This document shows positions 47,366-56,879 of a DNA stretch of 64,000 nucleotides, one piece after another. Positions within the stretch are counted from its first letter, which is position 1. Each line of letters opens with the position of its first letter. Source of the DNA: Candidatus Hadarchaeum sp. (GTDB lineage Archaea > Hadarchaeota > Hadarchaeia > Hadarchaeales > Hadarchaeaceae). The position numbers and the translations under genes were made by a program. Location of the stretch: contig NZ_JBMFOX010000002.1 in the NCBI RefSeq assembly GCF_049969415.1, positions 41,467 to 105,466 on the forward strand, read 5' to 3'. The notes under the pieces were generated by a model. The model was not told the DNA's origin. It worked only from the letters and a program-made list of their open reading frames with translations, and did not search any database.

Positions 47366-48287
47366 ATACGGGCGTTCAGTCAATGGACTCAGGGTCTCGG
47401 TGACCGAGGCCTGCAATTTCAACTGCTTTTACTGCCATCGCGAGGGCTGCCCGGAGAGTTCCCGGGAGATGTCTTCCGAGGAAGTGGGCTGCATAATAGA
47501 GATAGCGGCGGGGTTCGGCGTGGAGAAGGTCAAGATTACTGGAGGGGAGCCGCTGCTCCGCCGGGATATAGTTGATATTGTCGCCGCCTCGGTGAAGCCC
47601 GGGATAAAAGAGGTTTCCATGACGACCAATGGTGCCCTGCTTTCCGAAAAGGCGCAGGAGCTTGCAGAGGCAGGCCTTAATCGGGTCAACATCAGCCTAG
47701 ACACCCTTGATGCCGAAAAATTTGCTAGGATTACCCATAACGGGTCATTGGGGAAAGTACTTGACGGGATAGACGCCGCACTTGAGGCCAAGCTTGTTCC
47801 CATTAAGTTGAATATGGTGTTGCTCAAGGGAATAAATGAAGATGAGGTCGACCGAATGATTGACTTTGCTGGCAAGCGGGGCATGATACTGCAGCTCATC
47901 GAGCTGGTGGACTTGAACGGAGCTGATTTTAGGGAGCATCACCTCGCCCTCGAGGAAATCGAACGTAGCCTTGCCGCCCGAGCCACCGTTGTCAGAACAA
48001 GGCGATTGATGCAGTCCCGCAAGAGGTACCTGTTGCCTAATGGAGAGGTTGAGGTGGTGCGCCCGATGCACAACACGAAGTTCTGCGCCCACTGCCATCG
48101 GCTACGGCTGACACCCGACGGCTACCTCAAACCGTGTTTAATGAGGAACGACAACTTGGTAGATATTCTGTCGCATGTTCGGGAGGGAGACCTTAATGGG
48201 GCAAGGAGGGCGTTTGTCGAGGCGGTGCGGAGGCGGGAACCGTTTTTTAAGAGAACGGAGCGGGAGAGATGTCCGCACGCGCTGTGA
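47355..48287 (+). CDS. moaA: GTP 3',8-cyclase (radical SAM)
   Basis: LRVSVT..CNFNCFYCH, TGGEP, FCAHCHRLRLT.DG.LKPCL. Confidence 0.96.
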   Translation: MMDRYGRSVNGLRVSVTEACNFNCFYCHREGCPESSREMSSEEVGCIIEIAAGFGVEKVKITGGEPLLRRDIVDIVAASVKPGIKEVSMTTNGALLSEKAQELAEAGLNRVNISLDTLDAEKFARITHNGSLGKVLDGIDAALEAKLVPIKLNMVLLKGINEDEVDRMIDFAGKRGMILQLIELVDLNGADFREHHLALEEIERSLAARATVVRTRRLMQSRKRYLLPNGEVEVVRPMHNTKFCAHCHRLRLTPDGYLKPCLMRNDNLVDILSHVREGDLNGARRAFVEAVRRREPFFKRTERERCPHAL

Positions 48288-48384
48288 TCTGCGACGCGGT
48301 GGCAGCCTAAGATTTCCGGTTTTGGCGGTCCGGCCATAGGTGGTGATTTATAGATTAAAATCGAGGATTCCACTTGGTGTGGTG

Positions 48385-49482
48385 ATGGGGGGAAATACCT
48401 TCGGCAAGATTTTTAAGATAACCACCTTTGGAGAAAGCCATGGGCTGGCGGTTGGGGTGGTGGTCGATGGCGTGCCCGCAGGGATGCCGCTGAGCGAGGC
48501 CGATGTCCAGCGTGAACTTGACCGACGGCGCCCTGGTCAATCGATTTTAACAACGCAACGGAAGGAGCGAGATAAAGTGGAAATCCTCTCCGGAGTTTTT
48601 AAGGGGAGGACGATAGGCACCCCAATCTGCATGATCGTTCGCAATCTCGACGTTGATTCTCGGCCCTATGAAAAAGTCAGAACAAAGCCGCGCCCGGGCC
48701 ATGCCGATCTCACCTACTGGTTGAAGTATGGTCATGTTGATTATCGGGGAGGAGGGAGAAGCTCCGCTCGAGAGACGATAGGGAGGGTAGCGGCCGGGGC
48801 CGTTGCAAAGAAGCTCTTGGCGGCGTACGGTGTAGAGATCTTGGGCCACACCGTGGAGGCAGCGGGCGTGGCCATCGACCGGCAGCCAACGCTGAAGGAG
48901 ATTAAAAGGAACGTGGAGAAAAATCCGGTAAGGTGTGCCATACCTGAAAAAGCGGAGATGATGCTAAAGGCGATTTTACAGGCCGCCGCCGAAGGTGACA
49001 GTACTGGCGGCGTCGTCGAGGTGCAGGCGCACGGTGTCCCTGCCGGACTAGGTGAGCCTGTGTTTGGGAAGCTGGATGCTGAGATAGCTGCCGCGATGAT
49101 GTCTATCGGTTCCGTCAAGGCGGTTGTCATCGGGGAGGGAGACAAACTTGCGCGCTTGCGGGGCTCTGAGGCCAACGATGCGATTGTAATTCGAAAAGGA
49201 AGGATAGTCACCGCCACCAACCGGGCGGGCGGCGTTCTGGGAGGAATCTCCACCGGGATGCCAATTGTGGTGCGTCTGATGGTTAAGCCCACACCTTCGA
49301 TATCGAAACCGCAGCGGACCGTTGACTTGGTAAAAATGGAGGAAGCTGAGATCAGTCTCGAGGGGCGCTTTGACCCCAACATCTGTCCGCGGATAGTGCC
49401 CGTGGCCGAGGCGATGCTGGCGCTGGTCTTGGCCGACCACATGATCCGCGCTGGAAAAATTAATCCCGACAGATTTGTCTGA
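48385..49482 (+). CDS. aroC: Chorismate synthase
   Basis: [40 protein letters not shown]. Confidence 0.97.
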   Translation: MGGNTFGKIFKITTFGESHGLAVGVVVDGVPAGMPLSEADVQRELDRRRPGQSILTTQRKERDKVEILSGVFKGRTIGTPICMIVRNLDVDSRPYEKVRTKPRPGHADLTYWLKYGHVDYRGGGRSSARETIGRVAAGAVAKKLLAAYGVEILGHTVEAAGVAIDRQPTLKEIKRNVEKNPVRCAIPEKAEMMLKAILQAAAEGDSTGGVVEVQAHGVPAGLGEPVFGKLDAEIAAAMMSIGSVKAVVIGEGDKLARLRGSEANDAIVIRKGRIVTATNRAGGVLGGISTGMPIVVRLMVKPTPSISKPQRTVDLVKMEEAEISLEGRFDPNICPRIVPVAEAMLALVLADHMIRAGKINPDRFV

Positions 49483-50368
49483 GGGAGGGGCTGGTTTGGG
49501 GAGAGGAGTCGGTATCGCTTCTGCCTGCGCTTCAGCCACCGTGGTCAACGCCATCGCGGCCGGAAAGGGCGCGGCCTTCGGGATTGATTTGAGAGTTCAG
49601 GCGACGGTAAGAATAACCAAGCAAAGGAAGATATCCGGTAGAATCTTGGGTGAGAAAAAAGAAAGCCCGAAGCTGATCGAGACTTGCGTCCGGCGGGTTC
49701 TGGAAAGCATTGGCCTAGAAAAAAGCGGGGCCGTTGTCGAGACCACATCTGAAATCCCAATTGCGGCGGGGTTGTCGAGCAGCAGCGCAGCCGCCAACGC
49801 AACGGTTCTGGCAACTTTCGCAGCCTGTGATCAACGGCCCACGCCGGAGCAGGTACTGGAACTGGGAATTGAATCGGCCTTCGAAGCCGGAGTCACGGTG
49901 ACAGGGGCTCTCGATGACGCGGCGGCATCATTCTTCGGTTGCGGTGTGATTACCGATAATTTGAAGCGAAGGATTTTGAAGAAATTTAAGGTGGATCCGC
50001 ACCTGATGGTGGTGATTCACGTTCCGCCGAAGAAGTTTTACACTTCTAAAGTCAGCCCAGAAAAACTGCACCATCTGCGTGGCCCGATTAAGTCGGTTCA
50101 TCGCATGGCCAGTCGCGGCGAAATCTGGAAGGCCCTGACCATCAATGGTCTGCTTTATTCCACCGCGCTTGGCCATGACTCGATGATTGCAATCGAGGCC
50201 ATTTCCCAGGGCGCTGTGGCCGCCGGGCTGACCGGCACTGGATCCGCCACCGTCGCGGTCGCAGAACCGGATAAAGTTGTGGACATAGTCAAGGCCTGGC
50301 GAAATTGGCCGGGCAGGATATTGATCACCCGGCCCGCAGTTGAGGGCGCGAGGGTGGAGGGAGTCTGA
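49475..50368 (+). CDS. aroK: Archaeal shikimate kinase (GHMP family)
   Basis: [38 protein letters not shown]. Confidence 0.92.
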   Translation: MSEGGAGLGRGVGIASACASATVVNAIAAGKGAAFGIDLRVQATVRITKQRKISGRILGEKKESPKLIETCVRRVLESIGLEKSGAVVETTSEIPIAAGLSSSSAAANATVLATFAACDQRPTPEQVLELGIESAFEAGVTVTGALDDAAASFFGCGVITDNLKRRILKKFKVDPHLMVVIHVPPKKFYTSKVSPEKLHHLRGPIKSVHRMASRGEIWKALTINGLLYSTALGHDSMIAIEAISQGAVAAGLTGTGSATVAVAEPDKVVDIVKAWRNWPGRILITRPAVEGARVEGV

Positions 50369-51156
50369 TGGCTGGCGGTGATTTAAAGGAGATTCGGCGC
50401 AGGATAGATGAGATCGATGAAAATCTGATCAAGCTGCTCGCGGAAAGGCTCAGGATCTCTCGGGACATCGCCGTTTTGAAAAAGAAGCTTGGCGCTAAGA
50501 TTAGGGACGAGGTGCGGGAACGCTATGTGATTGATCGTGCCCGCAATCTGGCGCGGGAACTTGGCATAGATCCTGATTTTATTGAAAGCGTGATGAGGTT
50601 GGTCATGGCCCAGATGGTTGGCGAGGAGAAGTTGCATCTGGGCGGCGTGGGGGTCTGGAACTGGGTTCAGCAGGCCTTCAGGGATTATCCCGCCCAGATG
50701 AGCGTGGCAAGGGTGATGTTCAAATATGGTCTCAGGGTTCTTGAGGATGGCACGATTGCCTGTGGCAACATCAGAATCCCCGCGGTTCAAATAGCTAAGG
50801 AGGCCGGGGTTGACCGGAGGGTTGTTGATGCCACCGCCCGTCGTATCCTCAACAACCGGAAGCTACGCGAGATCTTTGAGAATCTGGAGCCCATCGCCTA
50901 TCTCAAGGGTTTTGCGCAGCAGCTCGGGCTAGGGGTAATCGAGATAATCCCCGAAGATGCTTCTAGGCCAGGGATACTGGAGGAGGTTACCGGGGTTATT
51001 GCCAAATTTGGACTTAGCATCAGGCAGTCGGTGACTGATGACCCCCATTTCGTGCCGCAGCCAAAGTTAACCATCATCACCGATGAACCGGTGAAGGGAA
51101 AGGTTATCGAGGCGCTGAGGAGGCTGCCCAGCGTCAGAAGCGTGATAGTTTATTAA
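50368..51156 (+). CDS. Chorismate mutase (AroQ) fused to an archaeal HTH-ACT amino-acid-metabolism regulator
   Basis: LKEIRRRIDEID..LLAER..K...RD..RE, then IAKEAGVDRRVV and ACT PGIL..V...ISIRQ....DP. Confidence 0.8.
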   Translation: MAGGDLKEIRRRIDEIDENLIKLLAERLRISRDIAVLKKKLGAKIRDEVRERYVIDRARNLARELGIDPDFIESVMRLVMAQMVGEEKLHLGGVGVWNWVQQAFRDYPAQMSVARVMFKYGLRVLEDGTIACGNIRIPAVQIAKEAGVDRRVVDATARRILNNRKLREIFENLEPIAYLKGFAQQLGLGVIEIIPEDASRPGILEEVTGVIAKFGLSIRQSVTDDPHFVPQPKLTIITDEPVKGKVIEALRRLPSVRSVIVY

Positions 51157-51163
51157 TTCAGAT

Positions 51164-51454
51164 TCAGAGCCTGACTAGCTGGGCGTGTGGCACCCCCGCT
51201 ATTCTGAGCACGTTTCTTTTTTCGATAATTCCGGCATCAATCGCGTGGTCCACTATTGAGCCTAGCAGGTTGGCGATGGTGGCGTTACGCAGGGCTTGAA
51301 TGCACTCGTCAATGGTGGCCTCCCTCCCGCAATAAAAAGATTCCTTGACCTCGATCTGAAATTTACCTTCCTTGAATTTTTTCCCCAAAAGCTCGCGGTC
51401 GCAGATGATGACCAGATTTTCGCCTTGAGTTTGGATGATTCTTAGTAAGGGCAG
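51164..51454 (-). CDS. DUF424 family protein (probable CTG start at 51454)
   Basis: ENLVIICDRELLGKKF.EG...V.ESFY.G, ANLLG, GVPHAQ; conserved N-terminus lies upstream of the track's TTG. Confidence 0.85.
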   Translation of the reverse strand: MPLLRIIQTQGENLVIICDRELLGKKFKEGKFQIEVKESFYCGREATIDECIQALRNATIANLLGSIVDHAIDAGIIEKRNVLRIAGVPHAQLVRL

Positions 51455-51456
51455 AT

Positions 51457-51867
51457 TTACACTCCCCTGACCGGATTGCGTGCCCCGCAGGCTTCACACC
51501 TCAGGACGTAAACCCGTTCCCGCTTTTCCAGCCTGGTGTCTGGTTTTCCGCATTCCTTGCAGAGTACGAACTCTTCAGCATAGCGTCGGATTCTATCCTG
51601 AACCACGACGGCCGAGAACTTTCCCTGAAACACGGCTTGGGCCCCTTGGATATCGCCGGCTGCTCCGAGCTCCCTAAGAAGATACTTCATCAGGTGCTCC
51701 GGCTCACGGTTGAAGGCCGCCGCAATGCTTTTGAAATTTCTGAGGATGGTTCGGTTGCCCACCGTGGCTACGTCGGCCTCGGGAATCTGAAAACGGGAGC
51801 TCTCAAAGACAGTTTTGGGCACCTGCTCGATTGCCCTTTCCAGCAACTTTTCGTAGTCCTCTTCCAT
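51457..51867 (-). CDS. eif2b: Translation initiation factor aIF-2 beta
   Basis: YEKLLERA, RFQIP, GNRTILRNF, HLMKYLLRELG, CKECGKPDT..CEACGA. Confidence 0.95.
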   Translation of the reverse strand: MEEDYEKLLERAIEQVPKTVFESSRFQIPEADVATVGNRTILRNFKSIAAAFNREPEHLMKYLLRELGAAGDIQGAQAVFQGKFSAVVVQDRIRRYAEEFVLCKECGKPDTRLEKRERVYVLRCEACGARNPVRGV

Positions 51868-51871
51868 CCCC

Positions 51872-52582
51872 TCACCTCGCCAGCCTGAACTTACCCGCTG
51901 TTGGTTCAAATACATCACCCTCGACGAACATAACCCTGAGGATGTCGTTGACTTGGGAAAGGCTCAGGTTCAGCTCGTTGGCTATCTTGATGGGCTCCAC
52001 TCCCGAGCCCGTGTCGAGCTTATCAATCGCGATGGCCACTTTCTTCTTGAGTTCGTCGGGGACAACCGGAAGAGGCTCCTCCTCAGCCTCTGCGGCCTCG
52101 GTGCCTACTTCTTGAGTGGCGGTTATCTTCAGTTCCTTGGGCTCCAGCCTGGCGAACTTTGGTCGCACTCCCGCGGCAATTGCCTCCCGCCTTGTAGCAA
52201 TTATCTCGAGTTCCCTCACCAGCTCCCAGTTGAGGTCTTCGACACGGATGAGAAGTTCCGGCGTGAGATAGATCTCCCCTTGAAATTCTCTCACCCTCCC
52301 GATGACGTCCACGGTGTCACCCAAGTTGAATTTGTCGAACTCCTTGGCGCCCTCCTGCCAAGCCCTGAGGCTGATCGTTTCACTTCCGTCGTCTATCCTC
52401 AGCGTCGCGTAGTTTTGGTCCTCCCGGATGAATTTATCGACCAAAGTCCCCATCACCCGAACCCTAGTGACCTGCTCACCCCAAGGCGTTAGAAGGAAGC
52501 TTGGCTGCGTGCCGTCGGGGGAGCGGATATACCGGCCCAGCACGATGTCCTCTATCTTCATCTTATAAGCCACGGGTCGCAT
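51872..52582 (-). CDS. RPA2/RPA32-like subunit (OB fold + C-terminal winged helix)
   Basis: RVRVMGTLV, IDDGSETI, VIGRVREF, C-terminal EGDVFEP..G. Confidence 0.8.
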   Translation of the reverse strand: MRPVAYKMKIEDIVLGRYIRSPDGTQPSFLLTPWGEQVTRVRVMGTLVDKFIREDQNYATLRIDDGSETISLRAWQEGAKEFDKFNLGDTVDVIGRVREFQGEIYLTPELLIRVEDLNWELVRELEIIATRREAIAAGVRPKFARLEPKELKITATQEVGTEAAEAEEEPLPVVPDELKKKVAIAIDKLDTGSGVEPIKIANELNLSLSQVNDILRVMFVEGDVFEPTAGKFRLAR

Positions 52583-52608
52583 TATAATCGTGGAATATCT
52601 GGGGTCGA

Positions 52609-53184
52609 ATGCTTATGAGCTTTCCGCGCCGGGTCAAGATTTTCAAGATCAGGACCACAACCGGGGTTAGGTTTCTTGGTCTGGCGGCGGGCATCTTCAT
52701 GGTGGACAGCGTGGATGATTTCATCAGGAGGATGGTCCAAATGGACGCCGAGATGGATACCGTCACTCAAGCCTTTAACGCCTCTCGGGTTGCTGGGGCT
52801 GAGCATCTTGTCCATTCCTCACGTTTGGCCATTATCGCGAATGAAAGAGGATGCGGCTTTGCCGATTGCCTTGCCGTCGAGCTCATCTGCTGGGCCGCCG
52901 CCGAGCGTCAGATTTACCGGGCCTTCGAGAAGATTGGTGTTCGCCAAGGTAGAAATGCTCTCGCGGTGGCCTCAGTTGGTCGCCCTGAGGTCAGGGTGAA
53001 AAAGACGGTCGGAAAAATTTTTGATGAATTTGGAGCTGAATGGGATAACTCGTTGATGGACTTCCGGCAGGAAAAATCCTTGGGATTGCAGCGGATTTTT
53101 TCAATAACCCCTGAGGAAACTGCGGTGGCACCCCTCCAGAAAATAGTGCTTGAAAGGGTGGCGCTGCTGGCGCTGGCGAAATGA
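52609..53184 (+). CDS. cgi121: KEOPS complex subunit Cgi121 (start uncertain)
   Basis: QAFNA..VAG.EHL, E.ICWAAAERQI..A.EKIG, VLERVALL. Confidence 0.82.
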   Translation: MLMSFPRRVKIFKIRTTTGVRFLGLAAGIFMVDSVDDFIRRMVQMDAEMDTVTQAFNASRVAGAEHLVHSSRLAIIANERGCGFADCLAVELICWAAAERQIYRAFEKIGVRQGRNALAVASVGRPEVRVKKTVGKIFDEFGAEWDNSLMDFRQEKSLGLQRIFSITPEETAVAPLQKIVLERVALLALAK

Positions 53185-53185
53185 G

Positions 53186-53488
53186 TTAAACGAGTCTGAG
53201 CTGCGTCAATAATTCTTCAAACTCCTCGTCCTTGGCCACGCCGACGATCCTCGAGCATGCAGGCATGATGGGTTTGTCTGAGGTCACAATTTTTCCCTCA
53301 TCGTCTATGGTGGCATATTTTCCCGAGAGCTTTTCCTTAGCTTCTGTCACGAGGCAGACAACTTCCCTTTCCGATCCCACATAAAGGTAATAGTAGTGTT
53401 TTCCTTGGTGGTGGTAATAAAAGAGCCAGCCCTGGTTGCGGGCGATGCTCAGCAGATCCTCTATTTCATTGCACCAGATAGTTCGCAT
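53186..53488 (-). CDS. Hypothetical protein
   Basis: 100-aa ORF filling the gap, same strand as the upstream operon. Confidence 0.55.
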   Translation of the reverse strand: MRTIWCNEIEDLLSIARNQGWLFYYHHQGKHYYYLYVGSEREVVCLVTEAKEKLSGKYATIDDEGKIVTSDKPIMPACSRIVGVAKDEEFEELLTQLRLV

Positions 53489-54654
53489 ATGGCGCAGGCC
53501 TCCTTCTGGAACTTTTCAATGCCCTCAAATGATCCGCGCACGAGGACGATGTCGTTGGCCCTTAACTTAACGTTTCCTCCTGGGGTGATGATGTGCTTTC
53601 CGTCCCTCTTTATCACCAGCACATAGACTCCGACCGTGCCCCAGAGGTTCAGCTTTTCGAGTGTTTTGTTGACGAATCTCGAATTCGGAGATATTTTAAC
53701 CCGGCAGATTTTTTCCAGCGACTCTGAAAGGGCCTTGGCGAAGACCGGGTGTAGCTCTATTTTTCTAATGACGATATCGACTATCGAGTCGGCGGCGTCA
53801 GTTATCGATTCCATATATCTCGCCAGCTGGAGGACACTGTTCAATTCCGCGATGTTTCTCCTTTCCCTTGCCGCGATTTTCAGGGTGTCCAGCCAGGCCT
53901 GGTAGTTGAACCTGTTGAAAGCCTCCTCTATTTCCCTGACTTCTTCAGCGACTTCGGTAGAGCCCAACATAAGTGAAGAGTAGGCTAGGTCCACGGCGAT
54001 GTCGCTCAAGTCGCGCATTTTTGAAAGTTCTTTGCGGAGTTTTTTCAGTTTAGTTTCGATAGTTAATGGCCCCATCGGCGTCCCGGCCATTTCATGAATA
54101 ATTCTCATCCCATAGGGCGGGCCTTTGACCACCAGCTCATCTTCTGCCAAGAGCTGAGCGTCCTTAGCTATTGGAGCCATCCATTCGTTTTTCCTCTTGA
54201 TGGCCATGACCCAGACCCCAATGCTGGAGGGCAGCCTAAGGTCGCGTAAAGATTTGCTGTCGAGCGAAGATCCGGGCGAGATCTTCAGCTTGCATATCTT
54301 TTCGTCTGCAGCTTTCAGGGCGTCCTTTATCACCGGGTGAATGCCGATTTTCATTTTGATGAGGTCAGCAATGTCACCGGCGGCGTTAGAAATGGCCTCT
54401 GCCGAACTGGCTACTTGCAGGATTCCAGTTATCTTATGCGCCTCCCTGACGTTTCGGGCCGCGACAGCTGCCATGATTCTTATCGTGTACATCAGCTCGT
54501 CCATCTTTGACTCCAACTGATGCACTAAATCGGCCAGCTCGCTGCTTTCGTAGAGCAAAGCCGCGTAAGCTAGGTCCACCATCAGGTCGGAGGTGTCTTT
54601 CATCTCCGTCAGGAGCTCGCGCACGCTCCGTGGTTTATATTCTGGAGGTTGCAT
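53461..54654 (-). CDS. PhoU/TrkA-C tandem-repeat protein (ion-transport regulator)
   Basis: Two repeats of EMKD.S.L.VDLAY..L, each followed by an RCK_C-like domain. Confidence 0.85.
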   Translation of the reverse strand: MQPPEYKPRSVRELLTEMKDTSDLMVDLAYAALLYESSELADLVHQLESKMDELMYTIRIMAAVAARNVREAHKITGILQVASSAEAISNAAGDIADLIKMKIGIHPVIKDALKAADEKICKLKISPGSSLDSKSLRDLRLPSSIGVWVMAIKRKNEWMAPIAKDAQLLAEDELVVKGPPYGMRIIHEMAGTPMGPLTIETKLKKLRKELSKMRDLSDIAVDLAYSSLMLGSTEVAEEVREIEEAFNRFNYQAWLDTLKIAARERRNIAELNSVLQLARYMESITDAADSIVDIVIRKIELHPVFAKALSESLEKICRVKISPNSRFVNKTLEKLNLWGTVGVYVLVIKRDGKHIITPGGNVKLRANDIVLVRGSFEGIEKFQKEACAICELSGAMK

Positions 54655-54656
54655 TT

Positions 54657-55226
54657 TTACACTCCTATTATTTTCATCGCTATAATTAAGCATGTAACCC
54701 CAGCTATGTCCCCAATTGAGGTGACAATGGGAATCACTACGTTGTCGGGATCCAGACCTCTAGAGAACGAGACAAAGGCCAGCCAGATCGTGCAGAAAAT
54801 GGTCACGCCTATCGCCGCCATGCTGGCCAAGAAAAACGCTGCTATAATGGTCAAAGATTGAAACAGGTTTATTCCGGAGATCAGTGATAAGATAAAAAAT
54901 ATTGCGCTGGTAAACAGGAAGACGCCGATGCTCATGATCCAGGTGGCGCGGATATTTCTCCTAAGAGCCACCTGCCTGCCGAACTTGGGCTCAATGGTAC
55001 CGATGTGGAGCGCTGAAGTAAGCCTTGAGCCAAGGATGCTGCAGACGTTGTTGTTGATGCCGTTTATCGGCGGCACCATCGTTAGGATCAGTGGTAGCGT
55101 TTTGATGCTTTCCAGCTGTGAGCTGAGGATAAGACCGGCGGTGAGCGAGATAACTGCGCAGAGGATGAGCACCGGGTAGCTCTCCCACAAAATTCTCCTC
55201 AGGTTGTACGCGGTCATGAGTATCAC
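54657..55226 (-). CDS. MgtE-family (SLC41-like) membrane domain protein
   Basis: GSRLTSALHIG, GLDPDNVVIP..TSIGD. Confidence 0.88.
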   Translation of the reverse strand: MILMTAYNLRRILWESYPVLILCAVISLTAGLILSSQLESIKTLPLILTMVPPINGINNNVCSILGSRLTSALHIGTIEPKFGRQVALRRNIRATWIMSIGVFLFTSAIFFILSLISGINLFQSLTIIAAFFLASMAAIGVTIFCTIWLAFVSFSRGLDPDNVVIPIVTSIGDIAGVTCLIIAMKIIGV

Positions 55227-55783
55227 ACAAACAATACTACGATGAAAATGGAGATCATAGTGATTAGATCCCCGATGGTAGCCATCAGCGGAGCCGTGAT
55301 GTTGTCAGGGTCCCAGCCCCTAACGTAAGAGAATACGGAAATGAAGATGGTTAGGGCGGTGAGGATAACTCCGGAAATGAAACCGGCTGCCACCGCGATG
55401 ATGATGAGGGAAACAAAGTTGATGGCGCCCATCCCAAGGACGAGGCCAATTAACGAGGCGATTAGTCCAATGGTGGCCGAGGCGGCGAGGTTGAGGATTA
55501 ACGAGGAGATGACGTTTACCTTGAGTTCGTCGGTCATCGAGAGCTTAGGTTCCAGAATACCGGTGTGGAGGGCGGTGCCAAGCCGTGAAGCCAACGCACC
55601 GTTGACGTTTCCTCTCAAATCCAGCAGAGGCGGAATAATTAGGATAAGTCCGGGAAGGGTGACGGTGACACGTTCCTTCATCCCCTCCAAAACACTTCCG
55701 GCCAAGATTTCGATGATGGCGCAGATGACTAGGATGAAAAGCCCTTGAATGACTACCGCCCTAACGTCGACGCTCTGGGGCAT
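55223..55783 (-). CDS. MgtE-family (SLC41-like) membrane domain protein
   Basis: RGNV.GALASRLGTALHTG, GWDPDNI.AP..ATIGD. Confidence 0.88.
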   Translation of the reverse strand: MPQSVDVRAVVIQGLFILVICAIIEILAGSVLEGMKERVTVTLPGLILIIPPLLDLRGNVNGALASRLGTALHTGILEPKLSMTDELKVNVISSLILNLAASATIGLIASLIGLVLGMGAINFVSLIIIAVAAGFISGVILTALTIFISVFSYVRGWDPDNITAPLMATIGDLITMISIFIVVLFV

Positions 55784-56254
55784 AGGTTCACCTTTAAAGG
55801 CGTTGGTCTTCATTCTATAATACATTTTATAATTGAAGGCTCAAACCAGATGCTTTAGATGCGAGGCCGGTCTGAGCCTTTAGAATCAAAAGTTTTCCCG
55901 CGTTGCTTCGGAGAGCGTACAGACCACCAAGAATTATTTTTGGCAGTGACGTTGTAGAAATTACAGACGCGGTCTGTTTTAACATCGGATTTTCTTCCCG
56001 AGCGCAGCTCCTTGACTGCCTTCACGTATAACTCGTGATTGAACTTCTCGGCTCTCAAGGTTCCGGTATCGCCCGCAGTTCCTTTCAGACCAAAAACAGA
56101 TCACGATTCGAGACAGAACTATTCTTTGGGCTTCTAAGAAAGGCCAGATATCTTCGGTGGGGTTGAGTTTCCAATTCCACGTATCGTTCGTTGAGACAGT
56201 TTTACCATGGTGAACGATAGGTTTTATATTATAACATGGTTATAGTTTATCCTG

Positions 56255-56497
56255 ATGACAACGATCACTGAAAAACCAAAAATCACGTTGGATTGCTTAG
56301 GGCTGTACTGCCCTGAGCCCGTGTTCCGAACGCGTTTGGAGTTGGACAAGCTCGATTCTGGGGATGTCTTGGAAGTGCTGGCTGACGATCCGGCTGCGGT
56401 GGAGGATATCGGAAGTCTGATCAAGCACCTTGGTCATGAACTCTTGAATTTGACTAGGGAGGGCGATGTCATCCGGTTTTTAATCAGAAAAAAGTGA
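56255..56497 (+). CDS. tusA: Sulfur carrier TusA/SirA
   Basis: LDCLGLYCPEP, LEVLADDPAA..DI. Confidence 0.93.
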   Translation: MTTITEKPKITLDCLGLYCPEPVFRTRLELDKLDSGDVLEVLADDPAAVEDIGSLIKHLGHELLNLTREGDVIRFLIRKK

Positions 56498-56506
56498 GGT
56501 GATTTT

Positions 56507-56869
56507 ATGGGAAAGAAGATCCTGTATCTCCAGACCAGTGGGGTTGACACACCTGAGCGCACATATGCACCCTTTATCTTGGCGACCACGGCGGCAGCGA
56601 TGGGGATAGAGGCAACGATTTACTTTTTGATAAAGGGAGTTACCTTGGTCAAGAAGGGCGAGGCGGAGAAAATTAAATTGGGAAGTTTTCCCCCACTGAA
56701 GCAGGTGATGGATCAAGCGGTTCGGGCTGGCGTGAAGCTTGAGGTCTGTGAGCAGAGCTGTCAGCTGCTGGGGTTGGGTCGCGGAGACTTTGTAGAGCCA
56801 GCCAAGATTGTTGGTGCGGCAACGTTAAACGATCGAGTTCTGGAAGCCGATGCGGTCCTGTGCTTCTGA
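56507..56869 (+). CDS. DsrE/F-like protein
   Basis: APFILATTAAAMG, FLIKGV, VCEQS, IVGAAT. Confidence 0.85.
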   Translation: MGKKILYLQTSGVDTPERTYAPFILATTAAAMGIEATIYFLIKGVTLVKKGEAEKIKLGSFPPLKQVMDQAVRAGVKLEVCEQSCQLLGLGRGDFVEPAKIVGAATLNDRVLEADAVLCF

Positions 56870-56879
56870 AGGGACGGTA

